From Planctomycetota bacterium (GTDB taxonomy: Bacteria > Planctomycetota > GCA-002687715 > DRQF01): 64,000 bases of DNA. The translations under genes and the position numbers were made by a program. Below are positions 29,491 to 39,548 of the stretch, piece after piece. The DNA is taken from positions 28,569 to 92,568 of the forward strand of contig JAZGFI010000099.1 in assembly GCA_036479435.1 (NCBI GenBank), written 5' to 3'. The notes beneath the pieces were generated by a model. The model saw nothing but the letters and a program-made list of their open reading frames with translations, did no database searches and was not told the origin of the DNA. Numbering within the stretch: position 1 is the first letter of the stretch; each line of letters starts with the position of its first letter.

Positions 29491-30695
29491 GACTTTGCTC
29501 CTTCAAAGAACCGCTTGGCGAATACCGCCAACAGGGCCGTGCGGTCTGCCAGAGACTCCGCTTCGACCCACTCGCCTTCGGAGTGGATCTTGCCGCCTAC
29601 GGTGCCCAAGCCATCGACCGTAGGACAACCCGCCTCGGAGGTGGTGTTACCATCGCTTGCCCCCCCGCGGTACTCCTCAGTGAGTTCGACGCCCAAATCC
29701 GCACTACACTGAACGAGTTGTGCGGCCGCACGACGCGATTCTTTTGTCGCCAAAAGCGGCAAGTGGGGTTCAAACAAAGAACGCACGCTGCACACGGGTC
29801 GCGTGCTTTCCAAGCGATTCTCGATGTGAGTGCGGGTGGCAATTTCGCGAATGAGGCTTTCGACCTCACGGCCCGCCTCCGCGCTTTTGAACCGGCAATC
29901 GACCTGAAGCTCTGCGGACCCCGGAACGGTGTTCGCCGCCGAGCCCGCTTGCACCAGACCCACGTTCACCGTCGTCCCCCGCTCGAAATCATTCAAGGCC
30001 TCCAGCGCAATGATCTTGTGAGCTGCTTCCTCAGCCGCACTCAGGCCCATCTCTTTCTTGGCCCCGGCGTGAGCCTCGACGCCAGCGATCTCGATGCTGA
30101 AGCGAGCGCTTCCTTTTCGCTCCGTGACAAAAGTCGTTTGATGGGGCCCCAAACGACTGCCGGTTTCAAATACCAGGCAGAGGTCATGCCGACGAGCCTC
30201 ATCGAGCAGCAAGGAGCGACCCGTGGGAGCCCCGGTTTCTTCGTCGGCACACAGCAAGATCGAAAGACCCCCCTGCCCCAAAAGATCTCTTTCGACCAGA
30301 ATTCTTGCGGCCGCCATCATGACGACGAGCCCGCCCTTCATATCCGTAACCCCCGGACCTCGAAGCTGGCCCGGGTCGAAGGAATCGCGCCAAAAGCCAC
30401 TCAAGGCGTGCTCTTTGGGATAGACCGTGTCGGTGTGGCCCAAAAGGAGCAGTCTCGGCTCCCCTTTACCCCTGGTTGCGATCAGATGCGGGCCTGCGGG
30501 CGAAATATGTTTCAAACGAAGGTCGAATCCGGCTTCGCTGAGCTGCTGAAGGCAAGTTTGCGCCATGCGGTCGACGCCGGCGGCGTCATCTGTAAAGGAC
30601 GAAATTTCGACGAGTCGCCGCAGATTCTCCACGTAAGATGGGGCCTCTTGCCGGATTATCTGCACAAGTTCGAGTTCCAGAGGGCTCAGTGGCAT
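29487..30695 (-). CDS. M20 metallopeptidase (glutamate carboxypeptidase-like)
   Basis: LGHTDTV, DMKGG, ADEETG, AHAG, GGASDGN, IHSEGE. Confidence 0.92.
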   Translation of the reverse strand: MPLSPLELELVQIIRQEAPSYVENLRRLVEISSFTDDAAGVDRMAQTCLQQLSEAGFDLRLKHISPAGPHLIATRGKGEPRLLLLGHTDTVYPKEHALSGFWRDSFDPGQLRGPGVTDMKGGLVVMMAAARILVERDLLGQGGLSILLCADEETGAPTGRSLLLDEARRHDLCLVFETGSRLGPHQTTFVTERKGSARFSIEIAGVEAHAGAKKEMGLSAAEEAAHKIIALEALNDFERGTTVNVGLVQAGSAANTVPGSAELQVDCRFKSAEAGREVESLIREIATRTHIENRLESTRPVCSVRSLFEPHLPLLATKESRRAAAQLVQCSADLGVELTEEYRGGASDGNTTSEAGCPTVDGLGTVGGKIHSEGEWVEAESLADRTALLAVFAKRFFEGAKS

Positions 30696-30819
30696 CGGGT
30701 CGCTCGCGAAAATGTTTCGAACTGGCCCAAATTTGTCGCGGAGTGCCAGCCGAAAACGACCGTACCAGTGAACCGTGGGGCGTCAATGAGCCTCGAAGCC
30801 TGACTCGGAAGGACAAGCC

Positions 30820-32418
30820 ATGACCAGGATGATTTTCGCCCTCACCTTTTTTCTCGCACCTTGGGCCGTCGCCCAAAGCGACGGCGCTGACGGCAATTCA
30901 GAAACGACCATCGAAGTCAAAACCGCCGATGGCAGCCAGTACCGCATCGTCAAAAAAGGTGACCGCGTTATCAGCGTGAACGGTCAGAAAGTGGTCCGCG
31001 TCAAATCTAGTGTCCGCACTGAGAGGGGCAAAAAGCCGCAGCGCCGGAGTCGCCATCAGGGCGCGGGCCCGGGCATTTCGTTCCCGTCTCGCCCCTCCAA
31101 AGCACCGAAAACTCCGAAAACCCTGCGCCTATTCGGCGGCCAATACCCGGGTCCCGGCTCGCCGCCTCGGGCCTTCGCGATCGAAACCGAAAAGGGGCAC
31201 TTTGGCAAACGACGTGGTTCAAAGCCGGGCCAACATCGCATCTTGTTGAGGCGCGGTCCCGAGGGTGGAGCTTCGCAGCATTCCGCTATCATCGAGGTGA
31301 TCGAGGACGAAGAAGAGGACGAAGAAGATGAAGGCGATGGACGCCTCAAGCTTCGCCTCCGCCAAGGAGCTGGCGGCAAGCCCTTCCACTTCGATGTCGA
31401 ACAAAAAGACGGTCACCCCGGCTCGGCTTTGAAATTGCGACGCCTTGGCAAGCAGGCCTTTGAACTGCTCCAACCCCACTTAGAACAGAGGCTCGACGGC
31501 CCCCTCGGGAGCGCTCTGCGCCTTCGCCGCAAGTTGGCCCATCCCGGTGGCAAGGGTTTCAAGTTCGACCTCAAGGACTTGGAAGACCTCGGCGATCTTT
31601 TTGACAACGAGGCCCTCGAAGGCCTGCACGAAAAGCTGGAGCATCTACAACACCTCAAACTCGACCTGGGCGACATCTGCTCGAGCCTCGATGGTCTCAA
31701 CCTCGACATCCGAATCCACCTGGATGATGATGATGACGAGGACGACGATGAGAACCAGCGCAGCCGTCGCCGCCCGAAGAAGTCGCAGGGATTCAGCTGG
31801 CGCTCAAAGTCGAAAGCCAAAAAGGGCCGCCAGGCTCAAGGCCAGCGTCGCTCAAAAGGCGGCGAATGCCAACAAAACGCCCCCAAGCGACGAAAAGATG
31901 CCCGCCAGCGCCAGCAAGACAGCCGCCAACATCGCTCCACGCTGCGCAAACATCAATCCGAGTTGCGTAAGAAACAACGTGAGCTGAAGCGCTTAGGGAA
32001 ACGCCTACGCGACCAACAAGAGCGCAAGCGTTCTTCGAATCGAAACAAGGCCAAGGCGAAACACAGACGCGATGTACTGCTGTCAGAGCGCGCCACCGGT
32101 ATCGTCGAACAAGGGCAGCGACTACCTGCCAAAGCCAAGCTTCGCGTCATTGAATCCCTCGATCGCAAACGAGTGGCCCTCGACACGAAAGCAAAGCAAT
32201 TCGAGTTGCATGTCAAGCAACTCAATGACGCCGACCAAAAGCGCCTCGGCGATCTTCACCTTCTCCGAGAAAAAGAGATGGAAGAAGTCCAACGCGCGCT
32301 TGAATCTGAAGTGATGGACCTCGAAGCCCAAATGCGAGAGCTGCAAGAGACCATCGAACGAGCCCGCCAAAAAAAGGCCGGTCGTTCCAACATCTTCAAA
32401 AAGGCCCGTCGTATCTGA
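30820..32418 (+). CDS. Secreted, highly charged low-complexity/coiled-coil protein
   Basis: Signal peptide ending AVA-Q; acidic runs, basic blocks and a C-terminal coiled coil; followed by a terminator. Confidence 0.7.
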   Translation: MTRMIFALTFFLAPWAVAQSDGADGNSETTIEVKTADGSQYRIVKKGDRVISVNGQKVVRVKSSVRTERGKKPQRRSRHQGAGPGISFPSRPSKAPKTPKTLRLFGGQYPGPGSPPRAFAIETEKGHFGKRRGSKPGQHRILLRRGPEGGASQHSAIIEVIEDEEEDEEDEGDGRLKLRLRQGAGGKPFHFDVEQKDGHPGSALKLRRLGKQAFELLQPHLEQRLDGPLGSALRLRRKLAHPGGKGFKFDLKDLEDLGDLFDNEALEGLHEKLEHLQHLKLDLGDICSSLDGLNLDIRIHLDDDDDEDDDENQRSRRRPKKSQGFSWRSKSKAKKGRQAQGQRRSKGGECQQNAPKRRKDARQRQQDSRQHRSTLRKHQSELRKKQRELKRLGKRLRDQQERKRSSNRNKAKAKHRRDVLLSERATGIVEQGQRLPAKAKLRVIESLDRKRVALDTKAKQFELHVKQLNDADQKRLGDLHLLREKEMEEVQRALESEVMDLEAQMRELQETIERARQKKAGRSNIFKKARRI

Positions 32419-32466
32419 GCCTTTGATCTTAAGACATCGAGCCAACGGCCAGACGGCTAGGTGTTT

Positions 32467-32495
32467 AGGCCCCACTTCGGTGGGGCCTTTTTTTT
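32467..32495 (+). terminator. Rho-independent terminator
   Basis: AGGCCCCAC-TTCG-GTGGGGCCT (cUUCGg tetraloop) followed by a T tract. Confidence 0.9.
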
Positions 32496-32589
32496 GGGCT
32501 TGGGGGAAGGGGTCGTGAAAATCGTCTAACGCGAACCTTGCGAGTTTGGCTAAGGGAGGCCTGTGAAGGCGAGTCAATAATTCGCCACA

Positions 32590-34626
32590 CTAGTTGTCGG
32601 CGAAGAGGTTTTTCATGCGGTCTAAGTAGGAACCGGCGGTGGTGGTGTCGGCGGGGCCGTCGGTACTGGCGTCGACGAAGGTGATGTCGTCGCTTTCGAA
32701 CTCCGTGAGGAAGCGGGACTCTTCGCGTTTTTCGTCGCGGCCCCAACGGCGCCGCTCCGAGGCCATCGACATGGATAGGCTCAAGCGGGCACGCGTGATC
32801 GCAACGTAAAACAGGCGGCGCTCTTCGTCGATCGTGTCGTCTGCGTCGTCATCGGCGAAAGAGTTCTTGTGGGGGAAAAGCCCCTCCTCGACGCCCACCA
32901 TGTAGACGTGGGGGAACTCGAGGCCCTTCGCCGCGTGTACCGTCATCAGCGTGACCGCGTCACTGGCGTCGGTTTTCTCTTTGCGATCGTCTTGTTGCTG
33001 ATCGAGAAAGATCTTCTCCAAAAACGCCGCCAGCCCCTTGTCCGTGGAAGCGTCATGGCGCTCCGCCATCTCCAAAAGCAACTGAAGAATGTTCCAGCGC
33101 ACTTCGACCTCGGCGGGATCTTTGGCTTCGATTTCCAAGAACGCTCGGAAGCCGACTTTCTCGTAAAGGCATTCCATGGCGGCATGAACGCCGCGTTGTT
33201 CCGCCGCCTCTGCGACCTCTGCCATGAGCGCCGCAAACTCTGCAACACGCTCCACCGCGGCGGATCTGAGGAGTGTTTCGTAGCCACCATCTCGGATCAA
33301 GTCATAGACACCGCAGCGTTGCTCAACGGCCTCGGCGCTGAGTTTATCTCGAGTCCCATTGCCGATGCCTCGTGACGGACGATTGAGAATTCGAAACAGG
33401 GCACCGTCGTCTTTAGGGTTGGCGAGCACGCGCAAGTAGGCCAGCACGTCTCGAACTTCACGACGATCAAACAGCGAGTAGGTCCCAACGATCTTGTAGG
33501 GGATGCCGCGTTCGCGAAGCCTCAGCTCGAGGGCATTTGACTGGGCGTTGGCTCGGAACAGAATCGCGAGGTCGCGCCAAGCTGCACCCTCTTGCACTCT
33601 CTCGTTCAACTTCACCATCATCCGCGTGAGCTCTTCACGCTCGTCGGCGGCGGTGTAGAACTCGATCTTGTCGCCCTCGCCGTGAGCCGACCATAGCTTC
33701 TTTTCGAGCCGCCCTCGGTTATTGGAGATGACGGCATTTGCGGTGCGCAGAATACGATTGGTCGAGCGGTAGTTTTGGTCGAGAGTGACGACCTTGGCGC
33801 CGGGGAACTGGCGCGAAAAGTTCAAGATGTTACCCGGCTCCGCTCCGCGCCAGCCGTAGATCGACTGATCGTCATCGCCCACCACGGCGAGGTTTCTGCG
33901 CGGGCCAGCCAGCGAACGAATAAGGCCCAACTGAATCGCATTGGTGTCTTGGTACTCGTCCACCATCAGATAACGCCAGCGATCGCGAGCTTGATCTAAG
34001 ACGTCAGGGTGCTCGCTGAACAGGCGTGAAGTCAATGACAGCATGTCGTCAAAGTCGACGACTTGCCGTTTCTTCATCTCCTCGTGGAGTCGCCGGTAGG
34101 CAAAGGCCAACTTGATTTCGGCATCGTCAGCTGCCGCCTCCATCGCGCCGTCGCAATCAAGACCGGCATTTTTCCAGCCACCGATGACTTGGAGGCCCCA
34201 ACGCGGGGGCACTTCTTTCTCAGAGATACCCAAGTCGCGAAGGGAGGTGCGTAGCAACAGCTTTTTGTCTTCGTCATCACTGATACCGAAGTTTTTGCGG
34301 TAGCCCAGCCGGTCGCCGTAGCGCCGCAACAAGCGCAATGCGAAGGAATGAAAAGTCGAAATCGTGAGGGCTTTGGCACCAGCTTTGCCCACCAGGCTGG
34401 CAACGCGCTCGCGCATCTCGGCGGCCGCCTTGTTCGTAAAGGTCACCGCGAGGATGTTCTCGGGAGCCACTTGCTTAGCCAAGAGGTTCGCGATGCGCAC
34501 GGTGACGACGCGAGTTTTGCCGGTACCCGCTCCAGCCAAAACCAAGAGCGGACCTTCGATCGTCATCACCGCTTCACGTTGCGGGGGATTGAGTCCTTGC
34601 AGGACTTGTTCAAGGCGCGGTGGCAA
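32590..34626 (-). CDS. SF1A DNA helicase (UvrD/Rep/PcrA)
   Basis: LAGAGTGKT, VDEYQD, VGDDDQSIY, QNYRS, TVHAAKGLEF, EERRLFYVAITRA. Confidence 0.97.
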   Translation of the reverse strand: MPPRLEQVLQGLNPPQREAVMTIEGPLLVLAGAGTGKTRVVTVRIANLLAKQVAPENILAVTFTNKAAAEMRERVASLVGKAGAKALTISTFHSFALRLLRRYGDRLGYRKNFGISDDEDKKLLLRTSLRDLGISEKEVPPRWGLQVIGGWKNAGLDCDGAMEAAADDAEIKLAFAYRRLHEEMKKRQVVDFDDMLSLTSRLFSEHPDVLDQARDRWRYLMVDEYQDTNAIQLGLIRSLAGPRRNLAVVGDDDQSIYGWRGAEPGNILNFSRQFPGAKVVTLDQNYRSTNRILRTANAVISNNRGRLEKKLWSAHGEGDKIEFYTAADEREELTRMMVKLNERVQEGAAWRDLAILFRANAQSNALELRLRERGIPYKIVGTYSLFDRREVRDVLAYLRVLANPKDDGALFRILNRPSRGIGNGTRDKLSAEAVEQRCGVYDLIRDGGYETLLRSAAVERVAEFAALMAEVAEAAEQRGVHAAMECLYEKVGFRAFLEIEAKDPAEVEVRWNILQLLLEMAERHDASTDKGLAAFLEKIFLDQQQDDRKEKTDASDAVTLMTVHAAKGLEFPHVYMVGVEEGLFPHKNSFADDDADDTIDEERRLFYVAITRARLSLSMSMASERRRWGRDEKREESRFLTEFESDDITFVDASTDGPADTTTAGSYLDRMKNLFADN

Positions 34627-34886
34627 TATAGAAACTCCTCGTTGAAGCGGCGACGTTTAGTTTCACCATGGCTGCGACATTTGGGCCAGTTTGTCTAACC
34701 TGGCACCCCGCAGTGCCGCGCAGCTCCTTACCCTGGAACAACTTGTCGCAGTTTACTTCCTTGGCGCGACGCCGCTTTTTTTGCGGCTGACCCGGTAAGT
34801 TTTCAAGTTGCGAGTCTATGTAGTGATTGAGTGAGCGAAAGCTGGCTCGAAGCAAATTGCCTGACCTCCAAGTTGGAGGTGAAGCA

Positions 34887-35129
34887 ATGAGCTGTACCAG
34901 ATTGAGTGAAGCCAAAAGCCAGCGCCGCGAAGCGATCCCTTCGTTGCATCGTGAAGACTCTCGAGTCTGTAGGGCTGACCAGACGGCTTCATATCCGGAA
35001 CAACGCGGCGATGCCGCAAGACAAAACGCAGATTCTCGGTGGGTGATTGAACGGCGCGAGTCACCTATCGGGGGTCGGCGTTTTTTTCTATCTCGGCCCG
35101 GTGGACCGGATGGCTCTAAGCCGCGTTGA
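34887..35129 (+). CDS. Putative small protein (80 aa)
   Basis: Strong SD GGAGGTGA just before ATG 34887 in an otherwise empty region; no recognisable domain. Confidence 0.45.
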   Translation: MSCTRLSEAKSQRREAIPSLHREDSRVCRADQTASYPEQRGDAARQNADSRWVIERRESPIGGRRFFLSRPGGPDGSKPR

Positions 35130-35341
35130 CGACAAAAATCCACGGTGCTACCGTCCGAATGAGCAGGGTGACGTCATGACGGCCCCTTTCGCAACGTCCC
35201 GAGGGGCCTCGCCAACGCGGCGTGAGCGTGGGTGAAACCGCGTAAACAATGCGGTGGCCATGAGTTTCGGGACATCTCGGTCAAACAGGTTGCAAAATGT
35301 CCTCGCCGATCCGCAGCTCTTCGAATCCACACCCAGCCCCT

Positions 35342-36598
35342 ATGACTCGCCAGGTCCAGCCACTGCGCGGCCTGCTCTGTCTCGTCGTCTTGGTCCTCGG
35401 CACCGGACTGATCAGTTGCGGGGACGATCCCGCCGACCCCACCAGTCCCGAGCAGCTCCTCCTCGAAAAAGCCGTTAAGGCGGTCTGGGGAGAAACGGAC
35501 CCCGATTCGGTTCAATCCCTGCGACAGAGATCTCGTTACGAGACCGTCGCGAGTTCGGCGGCGGTTCCCGCCCCCGTGTCTCAGGTCGAAATTCTGGCGG
35601 CCGGCCCCAAGCGCTACCGAAAACAACGCCTCGCCCCCTTCGGCATCGTTGAAGTTTTCGCCATGGACGGAGACGAGGTCTGGGCGACCATCGACGGCAC
35701 GCTCGTTCCCCTAACCGAAGAAGAAGCCACCCGCCGCCGCTTGCAGCCCTGGCTGGTTCAAATCTCGAAGATCGCTCCGCTGCGCGACACCAAACTGTTC
35801 GACCTCGATCACAAGGGGATAGTCGAACTCGACAACGGCAGTCGCGTCGAGGAATTGCGAGTGATTCCGAAGGAGTACGACGGGCTCGAGTTGGTTTTTG
35901 ATTTCGACCCCGATTCTCATCTGCCGCAACGTGTTGTGATGATGAACAAACGGAGTCGCGAAGAACTCGCCATTGAGCTGAGCGACTATCGCTCGATCAA
36001 TGGAGTGCAGGTCGCGCATCGTGTCCTCGGCTTCCGGAACGGCAAGCAAGTCTCAACCGAGATTATCGAGAGCATCGAGCTCGATGTGGACTTGGGCGCG
36101 GCCCCCTTCAAGAAACCCGAGCACACCGGCCGCGATCTCGTCGTCGAAAAGAGTGCCTCACTCTCCGGGCCGCTGGCTTATTGCGTCCATGAAGGTGATG
36201 CCGACGACGCCAAAGAAATCTTCGACACCGTGGCGAAACTGCGCGAGTGGATCGAAGAGCGCGGATTCATCATTGTCGGCCCCCTCGTCGTCATGCGCAA
36301 CCGGCCCCAGCCAGCGGGCACCAGTCCAGAACTCCGAACTTTGGTCGGCATCGCCGTTGGCGCCCTTGCCAAGGATCCCATCATCGAGGCGGGTTCTGCC
36401 TTCGGTTGGATGAGCCTCGAAGCGCAGCCCGCTTTGTGCCTGACCCATGTCGGCGAGGCTTCGAGCGAGGACCTTATCGCGAAACTGGCAACGGCGGCGG
36501 CCGAACGCGGTTCCAGCCGCAGTGGGCCACCATTGGAGATCATTTTTTCTGCCGATGGTAAGACCCGTCAGATTCAGTTGCCGATTCGAAAGCTCTGA
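35342..36598 (+). CDS. Lipoprotein with a LolA-like beta domain and a C-terminal GyrI-like domain
   Basis: Lipobox GLISC; LSDYRSINGVQVAHRV; HEG...LREWIEERGF...GP and GPPLEI...QIQLPI. Confidence 0.65.
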   Translation: MTRQVQPLRGLLCLVVLVLGTGLISCGDDPADPTSPEQLLLEKAVKAVWGETDPDSVQSLRQRSRYETVASSAAVPAPVSQVEILAAGPKRYRKQRLAPFGIVEVFAMDGDEVWATIDGTLVPLTEEEATRRRLQPWLVQISKIAPLRDTKLFDLDHKGIVELDNGSRVEELRVIPKEYDGLELVFDFDPDSHLPQRVVMMNKRSREELAIELSDYRSINGVQVAHRVLGFRNGKQVSTEIIESIELDVDLGAAPFKKPEHTGRDLVVEKSASLSGPLAYCVHEGDADDAKEIFDTVAKLREWIEERGFIIVGPLVVMRNRPQPAGTSPELRTLVGIAVGALAKDPIIEAGSAFGWMSLEAQPALCLTHVGEASSEDLIAKLATAAAERGSSRSGPPLEIIFSADGKTRQIQLPIRKL

Positions 36599-36683
36599 CG
36601 CTGAAATCGATCGCCTTTTTTCTTAGCTTCGCTCGCTGCCGCGCGAGGGAGTGTCGCGCACCTCGAAGCGGGGAGATCTTCCA

Positions 36684-37457
36684 ATGCGTTTAGAAAACCG
36701 AGTTATCCTCATCTGTGGTCACCTGGGGCCGGTGGAACGAAGAATCGCCCTCAATTTTTCGCAACACGGTGCCCAGATCATGATTGCTAGCTCGGACGCG
36801 GAAGCGGGTGCTGCGCTTCAGACCGAACTCGACGCGCGGGGCGCGAGCGCCACCTTCATGGAGTACGACGGGGCCAACGAATCCAGCATTCAAGCTTTGG
36901 TCGGTGATGCCGTCATGACCTACGGGGCCTTAGACGGGCTCATCAACTCCGGGTTGCCCGCCCCCGCGGGTGACGCCCTAGAAGTCGACGGTTCCGCCTG
37001 GGATCGGGCTTTTGATCGGCAGGTACGCGGCGCGTGGTTGGCCGCGCGAGCGGCGCTTCCCTTCTTGAAACCGAGCAAGGGAGCCACGATCTTGAACCTC
37101 GCGCGGACGGATGCCCTGCAGACGCAAGCGCAGTCGATGCTGGCGGCGGCAACGAGCGGTGCTCTCGATGCCATGACCAGAAGCATGGCGATCGATTTCG
37201 GCCCGCTGGACATTCGAGTCAACACCTTATTGATCGGCTACATCGAGACCGACGAGACCCGTCGTACGCTCAGCGCTTCGCCTGAGTCCGAGTTCCATCG
37301 CCTGATGGCCGTTCATCCTCTGGGCCGCCTCGGGAGACCCAGCGACGTCGCTAACGCGGCGCTGTTCCTCATGGGATCTGAATCCAGCTTCATTACGGGA
37401 GCAACCCTCATCGTCGACGGCGGGCGCAGTATCGTCAGCCAAAACCTCTACATCTGA
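36684..37457 (+). CDS. SDR-fold oxidoreductase, atypical
   Basis: YGALDGLINSG, IRVNTLLIG, HPLGRLGRPSDVA, SFITGATLIVDGG; lacks TGxxxGxG and YxxxK. Confidence 0.85.
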   Translation: MRLENRVILICGHLGPVERRIALNFSQHGAQIMIASSDAEAGAALQTELDARGASATFMEYDGANESSIQALVGDAVMTYGALDGLINSGLPAPAGDALEVDGSAWDRAFDRQVRGAWLAARAALPFLKPSKGATILNLARTDALQTQAQSMLAAATSGALDAMTRSMAIDFGPLDIRVNTLLIGYIETDETRRTLSASPESEFHRLMAVHPLGRLGRPSDVANAALFLMGSESSFITGATLIVDGGRSIVSQNLYI

Positions 37458-38557
37458 TGCGGGCTCGTTTACGCCCCGAATTGAAATCCAAGCCCAGATC
37501 GATTTGGGGGCCTGCCCTTTTCTTCGCTCTGATCCCGATGATGGGCTGGGGACTTCGCGCAGATTCTGAGAGCACCTTCGCAGTGGAGCTCGACTTTGCC
37601 TTTGGCCAGGGGGAGGGGGTGTATGGCGTTTGGCTCCGCGACTATGACCAGCGCCCCGTTGGTGATTCACAACGCCTGCAAACGCTCTCTCATTTGCGTT
37701 CTATGGACGCCAATTGGGTCGCCTTGGGGCCGGAGATCAGGATGCCAAATCCGGATCTTCCTCAGCTTTCTTGGCATGAATCGCTTGAGTCTTGCCGGGC
37801 CAAATTGCGCCGCGTCCGAGATGCTGGCTTCAAAGTCATGTTGTTGCCACGCATCGAGAGTCCCGCCTTTTTCGAGGGCAAAAAGCCGCGTTGGCGCGGT
37901 GACATCGCCATGGGGAATAGTGGCGATTGGCAGCGATTTCACGATCGATTGGAAGAGCTTTTGGTTGAGGGAGCGCGGCTGGCCGAAGCCGAAGGAGCTG
38001 CCATCTACTGCCTCGGCCTTGAGTATTTGGAGTCGACTCGCCAGTTTCCGGACCGTTGGCGCGCCATCATCCGCTCGGTCCGTCGCGAGTATCGAGGCCT
38101 CGTCACTTACTCCGCGAATTGGTACCGCGAATTCGAAGAGATTCAGTTTTGGGACGCGCTCGATTTTATTGGCATTGGCGCGTACTTTCCTCTGGGTGCC
38201 GAGGGCCAGTTGGATCTGAACTGGTCCAAGTGGCGGCGCCGCATCGAGGCCGTGGCGAACCGTTGCGAACGATGCGTCGTGTTCACAGAGGTTGGGTATC
38301 CCAACCTAGGGGATGCGAGCCGCAAGCCTTGGGACTGGCAAAGCCCTGAATCTCGCCGCTTGGCCCCCCGCCATCAGGCCAGATGTTTTGAGGCCATGTT
38401 CCTAAGTTTTGAGAATCGCCCCTGGTTTAGGGGCCTGTTTGTGTGGCAGTTTCACCCCGATCCAAAACGCGCCGCGCCTTGGGAGTATGACCCGCGCGGG
38501 AAACCCGCCGAAGACGTCATCAAACATCATTTCCAAGCGCGCACCTTCGGCAAGTAG
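37457..38557 (+). CDS. Glycoside hydrolase family 113-like protein
   Basis: WRGDI, LGLEY, TYSANW, FWDALDFIGIGAYFPL, FTEVGY; signal peptide. Confidence 0.85.
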   Translation: MRARLRPELKSKPRSIWGPALFFALIPMMGWGLRADSESTFAVELDFAFGQGEGVYGVWLRDYDQRPVGDSQRLQTLSHLRSMDANWVALGPEIRMPNPDLPQLSWHESLESCRAKLRRVRDAGFKVMLLPRIESPAFFEGKKPRWRGDIAMGNSGDWQRFHDRLEELLVEGARLAEAEGAAIYCLGLEYLESTRQFPDRWRAIIRSVRREYRGLVTYSANWYREFEEIQFWDALDFIGIGAYFPLGAEGQLDLNWSKWRRRIEAVANRCERCVVFTEVGYPNLGDASRKPWDWQSPESRRLAPRHQARCFEAMFLSFENRPWFRGLFVWQFHPDPKRAAPWEYDPRGKPAEDVIKHHFQARTFGK

Positions 38558-38564
38558 GAGGGGT

Positions 38565-39548
38565 TCAACCTCCGACCACCAGTGGGAACAAGTGCACGGC
38601 TTCGGTTTGAAATTGTTCTTCGATGCGAGACACCAAGATCCTGGCAACAGACTCGTCAACGCTGTCGGTCTCGCCTTCCAGTAGATCTTTCGCCAATGCG
38701 GCCAGCGTGACCTCATCCCGCACTCGGCCTTCAAGTAGTGCGAGGCTCGCCGTGGAAGAAATAACCACGATCGCCAAGTGATCTTGCGGCTTCAGTTCAA
38801 ACGCGCGATGGAGGCGATAGCCACGAGGTTCAGCGCGTCGGGCCGACGCCGGAAGCAGCAGTTGAGTCGCAACGAACTCACTTGATTGACCGAGTTGCCC
38901 GCGATTCGGAGCCAAGGCGACCAGCTCGCCATGTGGTCCCAACGCGAGGACGTAAATGTGACGTTCGTGGACGCCGGGCGCTGTAATCTTGACCGTGAAT
39001 TCTTCGCCGAAGAACAGATCGGTCTCCAGAGTGCGCGCCGAAGGGCCGAGAACGGCGAGCTCAACGTGAGCGGGTTGAATTTCACGGGCGGCCGCGGGTG
39101 GCGACTCAAAAGAGGGCGCCCAAACGATGGCGGCGAAGGCCAAGACAATGGCGAACGCGGTCGCCGACGTCACCTGCCGCAGAATCCGACGTTGCCGCTG
39201 AGCGCCCCAGGCGCGAGCTTGGATGGCCTTACGCTCGATCTGTTGGGCCGCTGGGGCCACTGGGGCCGACGGTGACGCGGAATCCCGCTTCGTCTCCGCC
39301 GCGGGCATGTAGGCCGCCGCCGCCTCGACTTTGCGCTTTCGCGTTTCGCGAATGACTTTCGAAGAGCAGGTGGTGCAGAACAACACGTGGCGGCGCACGT
39401 TTTTTTCTTCGCTAGCGCCGAGCTTGCGAGCGAGGTAGTCGGCCATCAAGCGGTCGTCGAGGTGCTTGACCTCCTTGGTTTTTTTGGCGACGGCACTAAG
39501 CGCCTCATCGCCCGCCGCGTCCTTCGAGGCCGTCTTGAGATCACTCAC
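38565..39548 (-). CDS. zf-HC2 (ZAS) anti-sigma-like protein with TM and extracytoplasmic DUF4384-like domain
   Basis: HLDD..MADY...HVLFCTTC (HxxxCxxC); TM FAIVLAFAAIVW; GEEFTVKI...IYVLALGPHGELVALAP. Confidence 0.75.
   Translation of the reverse strand: MSDLKTASKDAAGDEALSAVAKKTKEVKHLDDRLMADYLARKLGASEEKNVRRHVLFCTTCSSKVIRETRKRKVEAAAAYMPAAETKRDSASPSAPVAPAAQQIERKAIQARAWGAQRQRRILRQVTSATAFAIVLAFAAIVWAPSFESPPAAAREIQPAHVELAVLGPSARTLETDLFFGEEFTVKITAPGVHERHIYVLALGPHGELVALAPNRGQLGQSSEFVATQLLLPASARRAEPRGYRLHRAFELKPQDHLAIVVISSTASLALLEGRVRDEVTLAALAKDLLEGETDSVDESVARILVSRIEEQFQTEAVHLFPLVVGG

Noticed and set aside
29583..30803. 406-aa + strand ORF, and other long antisense ORFs such as 19589-20494, 4973-5773 and 11323-12060
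   Set aside because: These are shadow ORFs opposite well-supported genes, expected in GC-rich DNA, and they carry no motifs.
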